The notes below the pieces were generated by a model that saw only the letters and a list, made by a program, of their open reading frames with translations, did no database searches and had not been told where the DNA came from. DNA of 63,980 nt, filler included, from Dirinaria sp. TL-2023a (taxonomy: Eukaryota): assembly GCA_051941275.1 (NCBI GenBank). It is 4 parts of 4 records of this genome, joined end to end, with 100 filler letters (N's around TTAATTAATTAA, not from the genome) between each part and the next. Parts side by side here need not be neighbours in the genome. Positions count along the whole stretch, not along the records: positions 16,110 to 32,098 come from JAVEBF010000514.1; positions 32,199 to 48,164 come from JAVEBF010000515.1; 2 more parts are not named here. One strand, written 5' to 3'. Every line of letters starts with the position of its first letter. The stretch's first letter is position 1. This document shows positions 23,296-34,989 of this stretch, in pieces. The position numbers and the translations under genes were made by a program.

Positions 23296-26145
23296 TCAAA
23301 ACAATCGAAGCATTTTGACCGTTTCCTCCGCCCCACCAACCTGGCTTTGCTGATCCGAGTCTGGATAGAAGAATGCAGCAAGGGCAATGATCACATACGC
23401 GGCGATTAAGAGCGCGCCTTCAAGGTAATTGCTCCTTCCATCCAGGACCAAAAAATTGACCACAAATGCTGTGACGAAGAGAGACACCGTTTCAAAAAGC
23501 GAGAAGTAGAGACTCATGTCTTTCTGCAAGATCCACCCCAGCAGAACAATGACCGGCGTCACGAAGAGTGCGATCTGGATACTCGACCCGACGGCGACAC
23601 CAATGGCGAGATCCATCTTGTTTTTGCTTGCAACGGTGACCGCAGTGACATGCTCCGCAGCGTTGCCGACAATAGGAAGGACAATGAGACCAATGAAAGC
23701 TTCGCTTACGCTGGTATGACCGACAAGGTAGTTGATGCTGTCCACTAGGAATTCTGCGCACACTGCTACAAGAGCAGTCGAGATGAGCAGCATGACAATG
23801 GCGGCAGTGCGAGACATGTGCGTTTTCGCCTTGCCGTTTTCTCCCGCGTCAAGTGCTGGGTGAGAAACATGAGGTGGCACCGCGGGTGCTACACTTATCG
23901 CTGGAGCGGACTGAGTTTGGTTTAGTCGGCTGGGTAAAGAGTTCGATCGATGTAAAGCACGAGGCGTAATACCATGTCCTTGTGGACCGTTATAAGGTAG
24001 ACCAGTTGGATTTGCTGTTGAGAAGACCGTAGAAGACAACATTTTTGGCATAGTCGATATCATTGGACGCGCAGTTATTCCCCGAAGAGTCAAAGGCCGC
24101 TTTGGGGAATTCTCTGTCGTAGTTTGCGCATCCTGAGCAAAGCCGACTCGTGGTGTGGTGGGTCTGTTCTGGACCATAGGATCCTCGGGTATAGGGGGCG
24201 TCTGATCTTTTCCAGATGGCTGAGGCTGTTTCTCATCGTGACCATGCTTCCGCTGATGATGGTTGTGACGCTTGTTCTTCAATTTCTTCTTCGCTCTTGC
24301 CTCCGGCGACTTCAGTCCTCTTAGTCCTTTTTCATTTTCGAAGTCTCGGAAGTTGATGGTCGTGTCTCTGATTCTAAGTGAGCGCTTATCATGTTCGCCA
24401 TCAGTGTCAGCTTCATCGCCACTTAAAATGGCGCCTAGAGGCTGTCCGGCTGGGGTAGTGTGCTCGGCCGCAGAATCGACGCTCATTATATCGATGCTGT
24501 CGTTGTTGAAGTTGCTGGCTGACGGAGTGCCGATGGTCGAGGGTAAAGATGGCGTGTCTTTTGAACTTGCACTAGACTTACGGCGCCTTCGTCCTCTCAA
24601 AACACGCTTGATGCGTTTTGCAGTGGTATGAGAATCTGATGAGGTTTCCGAGTCGCTCGAGCTGGAGGAGCTTGACGAATCAGACGAGCTTGCAGTATTA
24701 AGCATGTCGGCCAAAACACCAGGGTGAGATTCTTCGTCGATCACGTGCTGCGGTGTGCTTTGATACAAGTAGGAATGCGACTTCAATTGAAACAGCAAGT
24801 ACAAGACATAAACCAGCAGCAGGATCTGTGACCGGTTAGATAGAACCGAGGCATCCAACAGATAAAGAGCATACAACACTCGTGCCACGACTAACTTGCA
24901 GAACTGCCGAATCGGCAATAGCATTGTCGGTGAACGAGGCGTGGAAAGCTGTCTAGAATATGATTTTAGCTTTGACCCTACTACTAGTCGCAGAATGGAA
25001 TGGCCTATGGCGATCGAAAAAAAAGACTTACCGGCAGAAGAAGACTTGTGACGCTCAGACTCAGGAGACAGGCGCTCATTTGCGTGACGGTACTGTTGTA
25101 GACCTGAATTTGCATTAAAGGGGTGGTCAAACCATTATTACCAAGTCTCACCTGCTCACGAAAACGCAGACCTCCGAAAAGAAAGCACATGCCGAGAATG
25201 AGTAGCAAATTGGCAAGGATAGAGCCCAAAAGGGACGCTTGAACAATGGCAATTTCATTCTAGGGACAGCGAATTAGCAAAACCCTATGCATCGCAGACT
25301 CCGGCCCCATACCTTGACCAGTGCTATGCTGTGAACATGATAACAGAGTAAGCATATGAATATCGTATCACTAAGTGATACTGGGGCAAAAGCAAACAGC
25401 GGGCAGTGAGAAACGTAAAGAGAGTTGCAGGCGCCGACTCGGCTGCCTCTGGCTCGCTCTAATCGTATTCTCTGTAGCTCTAACGTACATGCTGCGTGAC
25501 CTTGTAAGCAACAGCTTGCTGATGGATCTCTTGGCGTACTCACAAGATGATGAGTTCCACAGCGTTACCAAATGTGACATTCATGAGTGCTCCAATGGTA
25601 TCGCCCAACTCGCTTGCGACGCTTTCAGTAGCATGACTGAGCAGGCCGGCAAGAGGTATGATGGCGATAGCGTTCATGGCAAAGACGATCGTCGGATCAA
25701 TCCCTGCTGCCTGCACAGCGATGCCGACCGGCACGAACACAAGGAGGACATTAATCCAACTAGACATCAATGTTTCTCTCAAAACTTTGTAGAAGCGTAT
25801 GCCAACATGAGGCTTCGTCTGAGATTCTATGGTGGAAGATCCCTCTCCATGTTCTTCTTTAGGCGGAGGAGGTGCCGGCGGTGGTAATGCTGACAAGGTA
25901 TTATCTGCCACGCCCACGCCGGAGCCCGCATTTGCGGGTGCTGCACTGTCGAGGGAATGTGGTTTCTCGCTAGGCGTAGCATCCGTCGGGACGACTGCAT
26001 GCCGGGTCGTAGGAGAGTCTGTCAGCGGAAGGACAGAGCGTTGGTCGCCTGCTTGAACCGGGTTGGACGAGGCATACGCTGTGGCTTTGCGGGCCGAAGA
26101 ACGAATGCGATCTAGTAAGCTCGGTTCGTCAGAAGATTCCACCAT
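23296..26145 (-). CDS. VCX1: Vacuolar Ca2+/H+ exchanger (Vcx1/CAX family) with a long cytosolic loop, multi-exon
   Basis: Alpha-1 repeat NVTFGNAVELII; GSILANLLLILG; alpha-2 repeat PIVGNAAEH; GSSIQIALF; DGRSNYLEG. Confidence 0.9.
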
Positions 26146-26667
26146 GGATGTTTGTCAGAGGATGGGGGTTTGAGGATGCAGTCTGCAAAATAGCAGAATG
26201 ACCTTGATGACGGAGTAAGATAAGCAAGGGCAGGATGTTTGATGGGTAATTAAGCAGGCGGTAATACGCGCTTATCTAATCTTTGTTCAATCGAGTGGCT
26301 GAGTTGGCTGAGTGGCTAATGACGCGGCTTAGCGACCTCGGCCCTTTCTAGTTTCTATGCCCTAAGTTAGTAAGGTAAGAGGCACCGTACTTTAGTTTCC
26401 TGCTCGGACTGGAGGAGGTAGGTAAAGTATGTACTTACCTTATCTGGTATCAAGATGGCTAGGCAAGAAGTCTTGGGAGGGGACTCTATATTAGTACAAA
26501 TAGGCAAGACATGCACAACCCCTTCGCCTACCTACCTTAGAGGTAGGTTTGGATCTGTCCAACACCCAAACCGTCATAGATGCCTGCGTCATCACTAACG
26601 TGGCTCAACACCCTACGTTCGCCACGCTGCTTTTCCGATGATGCAAACTCGACACTGCTAAGCCGCT

Positions 26668-27793
26668 ATGACTGGTCTGTCAGAACTACAAGGAAACTTG
26701 CAAGACTGGAGTGAAGGAATCTCAGGTCCTGAGAGACCAATATTGACCCACCTGAACGCTGACACGTCGTGGCTGTTGCAACTGCCATGGAAAGATGCGC
26801 CTACGGGACGATCGCGCTTCAACTGCCTAATAGATCCATGGTTCCGCGGTGTCCAGGTCGACTTTGCTCCGTGGTTCTCCCGGCAATGGCACGCTATAGA
26901 ATCAAGCGTACAGTCCGTAGCCGAGCTCAATGAGCGACTGTTCCATATAGAGAGATTTGTTCGATTCTCCGGTCCACACAGTCGCGATGAATTGGACCGA
27001 CACAAGACTTATATCGATGCGGTCGTCATTTCGCATCAGTTTACGGATCATTGCAACAAGCAGACTCTTCTTGAACTAGATGTTAGCACTGTCATCTTTG
27101 CTCATCGAGCAGCAGCAAGTACAATACGGTCCTGGAACCACTTCACCTTTGTGAAGGATCTTCCTCACCTTTCGAGCAACTCTCTTGATTGGAGGCAATT
27201 TTCTACCCACCCGCTGCCTGACTGGCTGGCCATCTTTCGAATCGTTACTAGCCTTGATCTTGCAAGCACACATTCGGCGGTTGTGCTCTGTTTCAATTTG
27301 AACTCGGGGGGTCCCGATGGTTCTCAGTCCCTGCAGAGCGTTCAAGCTGAAGCTGTAGTCTATACGCCTCACGGTTTACCTGCAGAGAATTTGCAGATCC
27401 TCTCCAAGGCGTCACCAACAATCAATCCACTGCTGCTCATTCATGGAATGCACGAAGTTTCCATTGGGTGGTTGGGGCAGATTAGTGGGTAATTTAATTT
27501 GCCCATTTGACAATGCACTAAAAATTCTCTGGGTAGATCTCGGCGCGTTGAACGGGCTTAGATGCTGGCAGACTTGTGGGGCCAAGTATTGGGTTCCTAC
27601 CCACGACGAAATCAAGATTGGAAAGGGTCTTATCAATTCGTTGTTAAGACGAAACATCCTGACATTACAGGAAGCTCTCAGTAAGCAGAAGGATAAGGAG
27701 TCTAACTCATCTGGTGACGGTCTTGTCCCTGCCGAACTTGATGGTCTTCGGTTTCGTGAACTGCGCAGTGGGCAATGCCTCATCCTCGCGTAG
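26668..27793 (+). CDS. Metallo-beta-lactamase-fold protein of unknown function, 2 exons
   Basis: LTHLNADTSWL...LIDPW; VISHQFTDHC metal motif; YTPHG; HG; intron 27485-27536 gives NLGALNG...WVPTHDE. Confidence 0.75.
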
Positions 27794-29165
27794 TAATGAT
27801 TATGCTAGTCAAGGTAGACATCCTTCAGCATCCGACAAAGGGGTGTTTAATGAATTCCACGCCAGGAACTAACTGGCCCTCCTAGGTTTATGAGTGGAAA
27901 TTTACATGGGATACACCGGCAACACAGCATGACCTTGCATCATAGATCCTGCTGCACTGAGGCTCTACAAAGCTTCCTCCACAAAAAAAAAAAAAAAAGA
28001 AAAAAGATCAGCCTAATTGCTTGGGGCTCAAGTCAGACATAACTGTCGACGCAGAAGCAATAAGGAAAGTCGAGTCAGCCAGAAGTCTTGCTAGACTTCA
28101 CGATGGAAAGCCAAACCTCCTACAATTTTGGAGTCTTGCCAAAAGATCAAAGAGTCGAGGTGGATAGTGGCATGTTCTCTATACTGGTCGGCTTCAGCTT
28201 ATCATTGCAAACCCTCCACATAAATTCACAGCGCGAAGATACCATGGTTCCCCAGCCCTGCTTTACATTGAAAAAATATAGCCAGAGTTTCGCAGCGAAG
28301 CATCACTAGTTTTAGTATTACATTGCTGTCTCGACTTACTGCGCTAGCAATTCCAATAGCCATCGTTCGTTAGATTTTGCCTCAGACTTACCGCTCGTCG
28401 GACCTTCAATGGCTCATTGCAAACTCCTCTCTTTGACTGTTGTCGGTGCTCACGGCTAAAGCACGTGATAAGTCGCGGGCCTTTCCTGGAGAAGTGGAAT
28501 ATCTTATGTCGAAGGAGCCGTGGTGGATAATGTCAAAAGTTCAATAGAGACCGGCATGGCCCTTCAGGCCTGCATGTCCGCATTCACATCCACTTCCGAC
28601 TATCCTTCACCGTACAAACCAACCAGGTCTATGTAGAATTCGATGACTAAGAGATGGGGAGGGAGCCGATGTGGACTAAGGTATTCAGGTCTCCAACATG
28701 CGTGACTGTATAGCGTAGTAAAGTATGTGTGAGAGTATGTGTGAGAGTGTGAGCGCGGCCCAAACGCCATGCGAGCCAGCCAAAAGAATCCTTGCAGCGA
28801 TCTCAAGACCAAGCCGAGTTTGCACTGCAGGCGCCCTTAAAGTAAGGTAAGTAAGGTAGATCTACCTCCATCTAACTTTCATTTACCTAATGTACTCCGT
28901 ATAACTGACTTGAACCTTGCTTCTTCTATTCCACTTCACAGTAAGATACCTGTTAAAGTATGCTTTGGCTTACCTTCAACCCTCTTCACACAATTTCCAT
29001 GTCCGTCCCCCAGATGGCGCAAACTTGAGTCTCAAATTGTATTACTACTGACTCTCTGATTTTCTGATTCCAACCTCGCGCCTCTATCTTCCCCTTTCGT
29101 TACCCTCGACTACATCCATCTCTGCAAATCCCCTGCAACTGAGCGGTGCCTGATGCAAAGTGACA

Positions 29166-30269
29166 ATGGGTCTCTTCAAATCTCTGAAAGGCGACCACCC
29201 AAAGAGTATCGGTGATTCGAACTCGCAACGTTGTGAAGACTACGCACCGCCTCCTGGACCACCACCTCCATGTAGCCTACGGACCCACCAGCTTGTAGGC
29301 TCTTCAGCCTCCCAAGAGTATCAACCCCCGCCTGGTCCACCGCCTGGAAGAGAAACTTTCGCTCCGCCGTCCGGCCCTCCACCGTCACACCCCAAAGCAT
29401 CGGACAGCCCTCCTCCTTATCACGACTGGACAGTCATTCCAGACAATTCTCTTCTCCCTCCCCCTCCAACCCTGGGCCACGAGGACAGCCCGTCAGGAAA
29501 TGCAAGCTCAGTTGATGCAGACCGTGCACGCGATTTCTGCTACAGATACCCAATAATGAGACCGCACCAACCGACTCCGGAACAACATGCAAGCGTCCAA
29601 AGTGGGGATGTCAGATTGATCAAACCACGAGAGTACAGAGGCGAGCTTTTGATGCTTCATAAGGGCGCCTGGAGAGGGTCAACCAGATCTGGCAGTCGGG
29701 ATGCCTGTCTGCTGACATCCTTCCCCATTTATTTTGCTCACGCCGATTCACCGATGCTTACGAAAATTAGAAAGACGATCTACTATGAAGTTAAGATTCG
29801 TTCGCTGGGCCTTGGTCGAGGCAATAACGAGAGCGCCATCGCTCTAGGCTACGCTGGGATTCCTTATCCGACCTGGCGGATGCCTGGCTGGCAAAGAGCT
29901 AGTCTCGCAGTTCACGGGGATGACGGTCGAAAATACATCAATGATCCTTTTGGTGGTAAAGATTTCACGTCGCCATACAGAGAAGGGAGTACGATTGGCA
30001 TCGGAATGACCTTCACAATACCAGATGGTCCCCCGGAATACGGCGCTCCTCAGGAAGGCAACAATCCTATCAAGACCGAGATCTTTCTCACAAGAGATGG
30101 GCGAAGAGTGGCTGGTTGGGATCTACATGAGCAGACTGACGCTGAGACTGATGGACCTATTGATGGCCTCGAGGGAAACTATGACCTATTTGGGGCTATA
30201 GGTGTTTTTGGAGGCGTCGAATTCGATGTCTTCTTTAGCAACCGAGACTGGCTGTGGCGACCTAGCTAA
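29166..30269 (+). CDS. SPRY-domain protein (Ssh4/Ear1-like)
   Basis: IYYEVKI...IALGY...PYPTWRMPGWQRASLAVHGDDGRKY...GSTIGIG...FLTRDG SPRY signature; Pro-rich N-terminus with PPPY. Confidence 0.85.
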   Translation: MGLFKSLKGDHPKSIGDSNSQRCEDYAPPPGPPPPCSLRTHQLVGSSASQEYQPPPGPPPGRETFAPPSGPPPSHPKASDSPPPYHDWTVIPDNSLLPPPPTLGHEDSPSGNASSVDADRARDFCYRYPIMRPHQPTPEQHASVQSGDVRLIKPREYRGELLMLHKGAWRGSTRSGSRDACLLTSFPIYFAHADSPMLTKIRKTIYYEVKIRSLGLGRGNNESAIALGYAGIPYPTWRMPGWQRASLAVHGDDGRKYINDPFGGKDFTSPYREGSTIGIGMTFTIPDGPPEYGAPQEGNNPIKTEIFLTRDGRRVAGWDLHEQTDAETDGPIDGLEGNYDLFGAIGVFGGVEFDVFFSNRDWLWRPS

Positions 30270-30399
30270 GCTTGCGGGGAGGAGATGTAGGGGACATCCC
30301 GTCGAGAGCGAAGGAATACTGCCCGTGGTCAAAAAAAAACAGCAAAGGCAGGACTGGTACTACCTAGAGCAAGACACTAAATACTTCAGAAAGCCAGAG

Positions 30400-31018
30400 G
30401 AGTGCCTGCTAGAGTTTTCGACCCTTCAATCGGCTGGACATGGAACCCCACTACTCACAAAGAGCTTTCGACTTCTGTACTTCGTAGTCTTGACAAGCTC
30501 TCCCAATGAAAGCGGGCATCAGGAGATGAGACAGTGTACCCGATTCCTCTTGACTTGGCTCGACAGTCGGGATCTCTGCATTTCCGTCATTGAGAAGGCG
30601 TTTTCGATTTGGCCAGCTCTTACAATTTCCCTCTTACAGAAAAGACTGGGCAGAATCTGAGACGGAAAGCGCAGATCGATTACCCAACCTTCATCAAAAC
30701 GGTCGTATCGCATCGCACTGCTTTCCAGCTAGGATCGGCTGTTGCACAACATAGACATGTTACTGACTTAATAAGAGGGGGACGTTCTTGTGCGTCTCGA
30801 GCTATCAACTCAATGGCTCGTCTCAAATCAGCAGCACATGGCTTCTTCAACGCTTAGACCTCATCACATATCGAAACTCGGTCGCTCGGACGGGGGAACG
30901 GGATGCTGTGCGTTACCGTTGTAGCCTTGTAGATCAGGGTTTCGATCGTTCGCAGATAGATCATGCAAGCCATGCGGGTGTGACTGCCTTGGATCAAAAG
31001 ACATTAACAAAGCCTTAG
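30400..31018 (+). pseudogene. Possible decayed ankyrin-repeat gene
   Basis: Fragments in different frames resemble ankyrin repeats (AQIDYP...RTAFQL...VTDLIRGG; QIDHASHAGVTALD); no continuous ORF. Confidence 0.25.
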
Positions 31019-32098
31019 GAGCCACAGGGCAGTATTCAAGTTTCATTCATGTTTCTTCGCATTTGCAGATACCACATGTGCGCCTGTATGTGCGTTATAC
31101 ATTCATTGACGGTCCTCGATGAATTAGGTGCCCAAGGTCCCCCCCAGTGTGGCCGAGGCGGCCAGCCAAAACCGCTGGTGGCTTGGAAGGCCATAAAGAA
31201 GACTGTTTAGTACGTCTCGAACGCCACGCGGGACTCGCTGGAAGGTGCTCGCGCGTATGCAACCAGCTCGGATGCAAGCGGGCCTATGACCGCTTCCTGT
31301 TGACATTACCAGGCTTGTGGAAACAAAGTCACTGCATACAGCAGTGGGCTTCGCGTAGTGGACTGCGAAAGCCCACCATCCCGGAACTTTGTCGTGACGA
31401 TGGCGGTCTCCTCATCAAAACTGTAAGATGAAGCATGCAGGTGCGACGACAACGGATAGTTCAAGTGCAGCCAACTGCTCGATTGGGGTATGGCGCAACA
31501 GCCATCCTGGTTACCGGCTACAGCCGTTAGCCGCTGATATGAGCCACGAAGGCACCAAAGATCGTTTCCAAATGGTGCAAATTCGTGTGTTTCGCAGGGT
31601 GGCGCCCGTTGTATGGGTCTTGCCAGCATGGTTGGCTTGCCCCGTCAGACATTGGTGCATGTGAAGATGATAGTCATACGGACGCCTCAACGCTGGCATT
31701 GCAAACAATCAAAGTTTTGCTCCCCCAAAAATCCAGCACGCGTATCGAGCAAGGTCGCAAAATTAAAAAAGCAGAGGTCGGCAAGCGGAGCAGATGCGAA
31801 GATTATTTGACGATTCCCTTGGGGCGCTGGTACAAGTACATGCATTCGCTTTCCGATATGGCCTGGCGGGCAAGTAGCTCGTATGTACCTTCTCCTCTCG
31901 CGGATATTTTGGGAGGATCAGTGGCCGAATAGATGACTGCGCGGGGTTGGTAGCTCTCTTTAAATCCGGCGACTAAAAAGCACCGGCTGCGGCTCGACTT
32001 GAACGCCTCTGCACACCACTCCGACCTACCCATTTTCCCGCTGCTGCAGCCACCACATGCAGCAGACTCCCTGTGTTGAAGGAGTGCTAGGGGTGGGC

Positions 32099-32198
32099 NN
32101 NNNNNNNNNNNNNNNNNNNNNNNNNNNNNNNNNNNNNNNNNNTTAATTAATTAANNNNNNNNNNNNNNNNNNNNNNNNNNNNNNNNNNNNNNNNNNNN
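32099..32198. other. Artificial contig spacer (N44-TTAATTAATTAA-N44)
   Basis: Linker at 32143-32154. Confidence 0.97.
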
Positions 32199-34989
32199 TG
32201 GACATGTAATTGGGGACTCCTGGGTGAGCGGTTTGGAGATTGTGGCGTTTGCAAGAATGGGTGAATGTATGGTTTTGGGGATAGAGGGGGGGAGGGGTCT
32301 TTTGGGTAACACGGTTGTGCTATTTGTTCTTATTTCTATCATGGTTCTTTGAAAGGAAGGTTCGAGGGTATGAAGTGAGATTGTAATGTGGAAATGAGAG
32401 CTTGGTATGTTGTGTGTGTATGTACAGCAGCGAGCGGAAAGGACGAATGTGCATCAAATGCCTATCAAACAAGTCCCGGGTCATAAATGAATGGAAGAGA
32501 AGAAAAAAAAAAAAAAGAACACTGGAAGAATCGAAATCTCAATACTCCTACAAACAACTGAGTAAGTATTATAGCACGGCTTGCCCATGACCACATGGGA
32601 AATGACAACCATACACTACCTTAACTCAATACTCCAGCCACTAACGAACCTCCCCCCATCTTTTATCCTAGAAGTAATGAGCTGCGCATTACAACCCCAA
32701 AAAACCCCATCGGCAAATAATTCTACGCTATCACTCACTCCTATCAATCTCTCAAATTCAAACCCTTATCCACAATCCCCCCCACGCATACTTAAATCTA
32801 ACATCCCTCACATGTCTTGGCATCCTTCACATGATCATCAAAGCCCTAAACTAGTTCTGTTTTCATACCTTGGTCAAGGCTATCTATTTAGTTGGTAAGG
32901 GATTTGGGATATATGACTGTAATTTAGGGTAAGATTGTGGGTTTAATCCGAGGATTTAGTGGCGGTGTACGTGGGCGTTTTAAGGTGGATTTTTGAAGGG
33001 GATGGAGGTTGGGTAGGGAGGTTATGTATAGGGTTTGCGGTCGCAGCAGCTCTTCAATAATATCTCTAGAGGAGAAATAGTTCAGGGATGGGAAGGAGGT
33101 ATGGAGGGAGGAATAGGTAGGGTTGAAGAATGCAGTAAATCCCGTCGAAGAGACACGAAAATGTACAGTGACTTATTTATTTAAACTGCTTGATTACGAT
33201 CTATGCATTCGATTTGCCCTCCTCATGCGCTTTTCAACTTCTTTCTCTTCTTTGCCTTGCTCTCTGGCCGTTTTATCTCTGACTGCTGTACCATACAAAA
33301 GGGTGCCGAAGTTGTTGAAAATATACGATATGTTGCGCTTTTGATCATGTGTTATTGACTTCGATGTTGGAGCATGTGACCGCTTTGTGGGATTAGCTTA
33401 GATTTTGGATTTTAGACTGCGTTTTTGGACGGGTGCTTATTTCCGGCAGGTTAGCAATTCATTGTAAAAATTGTGTTGATAAATTGCCGTTATATTGGTC
33501 CATCTATTAAGGAATATAATTGATTCGAAGATTCCTCAATAGACATGTACGAATACAGTAAGCAACACAAAGCGAATGAGAACGAATAGATCATGCACCC
33601 ATTCTCGCTCGGTCTTATGCTAAGTGTTGATAGACGGACGAGTACTGTGCTTTTTGGCAAAATGGATCTTGAAAATGCAACATATTTCACTCGATTTTCG
33701 TTTATCGTTTATGATGTGGACATGACTGTGCTGGGCGACCGGACTCGCTGCCTAATCCACTCGATAAGTTTCATTTGTATTGTTTTGTATGATCTTTTTA
33801 GACCCTGGGATCTTTCATTTCTGGGTACTTTGGCTGTGTTTCGAAAGTAGGATGGTCGGTCCTACTGTCGCTCAAAAATCGAAAGGTCTGGACAGAGTGG
33901 TATGCGCATTGATTCAGTAGGAGTACTGGAACAAAGGGATATGTTTGCTTAGATCACCTGCATAAATGGTTTCTTTGTCTCTCTGTCGGGGCTGCTATTT
34001 GCTATTTGCTGTCTGCCATACTACTGTGCTGATTATCGTCATAAATATCTGCCGGTATCCCCATATTTTCAAGCATGAATAGTCCCTAGTAGATCTAGAA
34101 ATCTAGTAGATCATACTCTGCTCTTTAGTGGTAAGAATCGAGGAAATGAGCTGTTCTGAGCCGTTTGCAACATCTCCTTTCGAGAATTCACTCACCTGAA
34201 TATCACGTAGTGTCGAAATCCTCGAAGATGTTGGTGGTGATTGATTGAAGCGCTGGTGATGGCCCTGGGCTATGCTGAGGACTTAAGAGTATATAAGTAG
34301 AGAGAGCCTTCGTTCAGAAGTTTGATTTCCAAAGTCGTTATAAAAGAGGTCTGAAAGACAGTACAAAGAGGCTCAACACTCCCACTATAGCATCACACAG
34401 TATTAACAAGTACCTCAGTCACGATTGGATGCCGACGTAGCGTCAAGGAGCTCTGTTGGTATGGCTAGACTTTGGAATCAGGCCCAAGAATGCTGGCTAG
34501 TCGAGACCTAACAAGGTCTTGAACAGGCCAAAAACACAAATCAGTAAACACCATCATGTTATACTATATCACACACCCACCTTATATCACACTCATACAA
34601 CACAAGCGGCCCACCGCCAACTGTTTCCGACGACACACACATGCGTCCAACACAAGAAGAGGCATCACGGGGGACAGAACAACACGAGCCATGGCTTATA
34701 TTCTGCAGCCCTGCTCCATCTTTCTTTTCTCTTCTTACCAGGCACTCGAGGTCTATCAATCCCTAAATCTCAGAATATCTTCGATAAGATTTTATCATCT
34801 TCCTCAACCAATCAGCGAGATAGCAAAGCTTTGAAGAGCTTTCAGCATCATCTTTATTAAAACCCACTATTGAAACTTCTTGTTTTTCAACGTGTGCAGG
34901 GTTTTTCCAAGTACATCAGTGTGAAATCATCTCTCTGAATAGTGATTGATTGTAGGTACTCATAAGGCCATACCAGCATAAAGCTAGAG

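Noticed and set aside
32199..34500. Transposon or RIP-degraded element in the AT-rich region
   Set aside because: No transposase or RT motifs and no clear terminal repeats; the C-rich/G-rich halves near 32640-33120 do not form a convincing inverted repeat.
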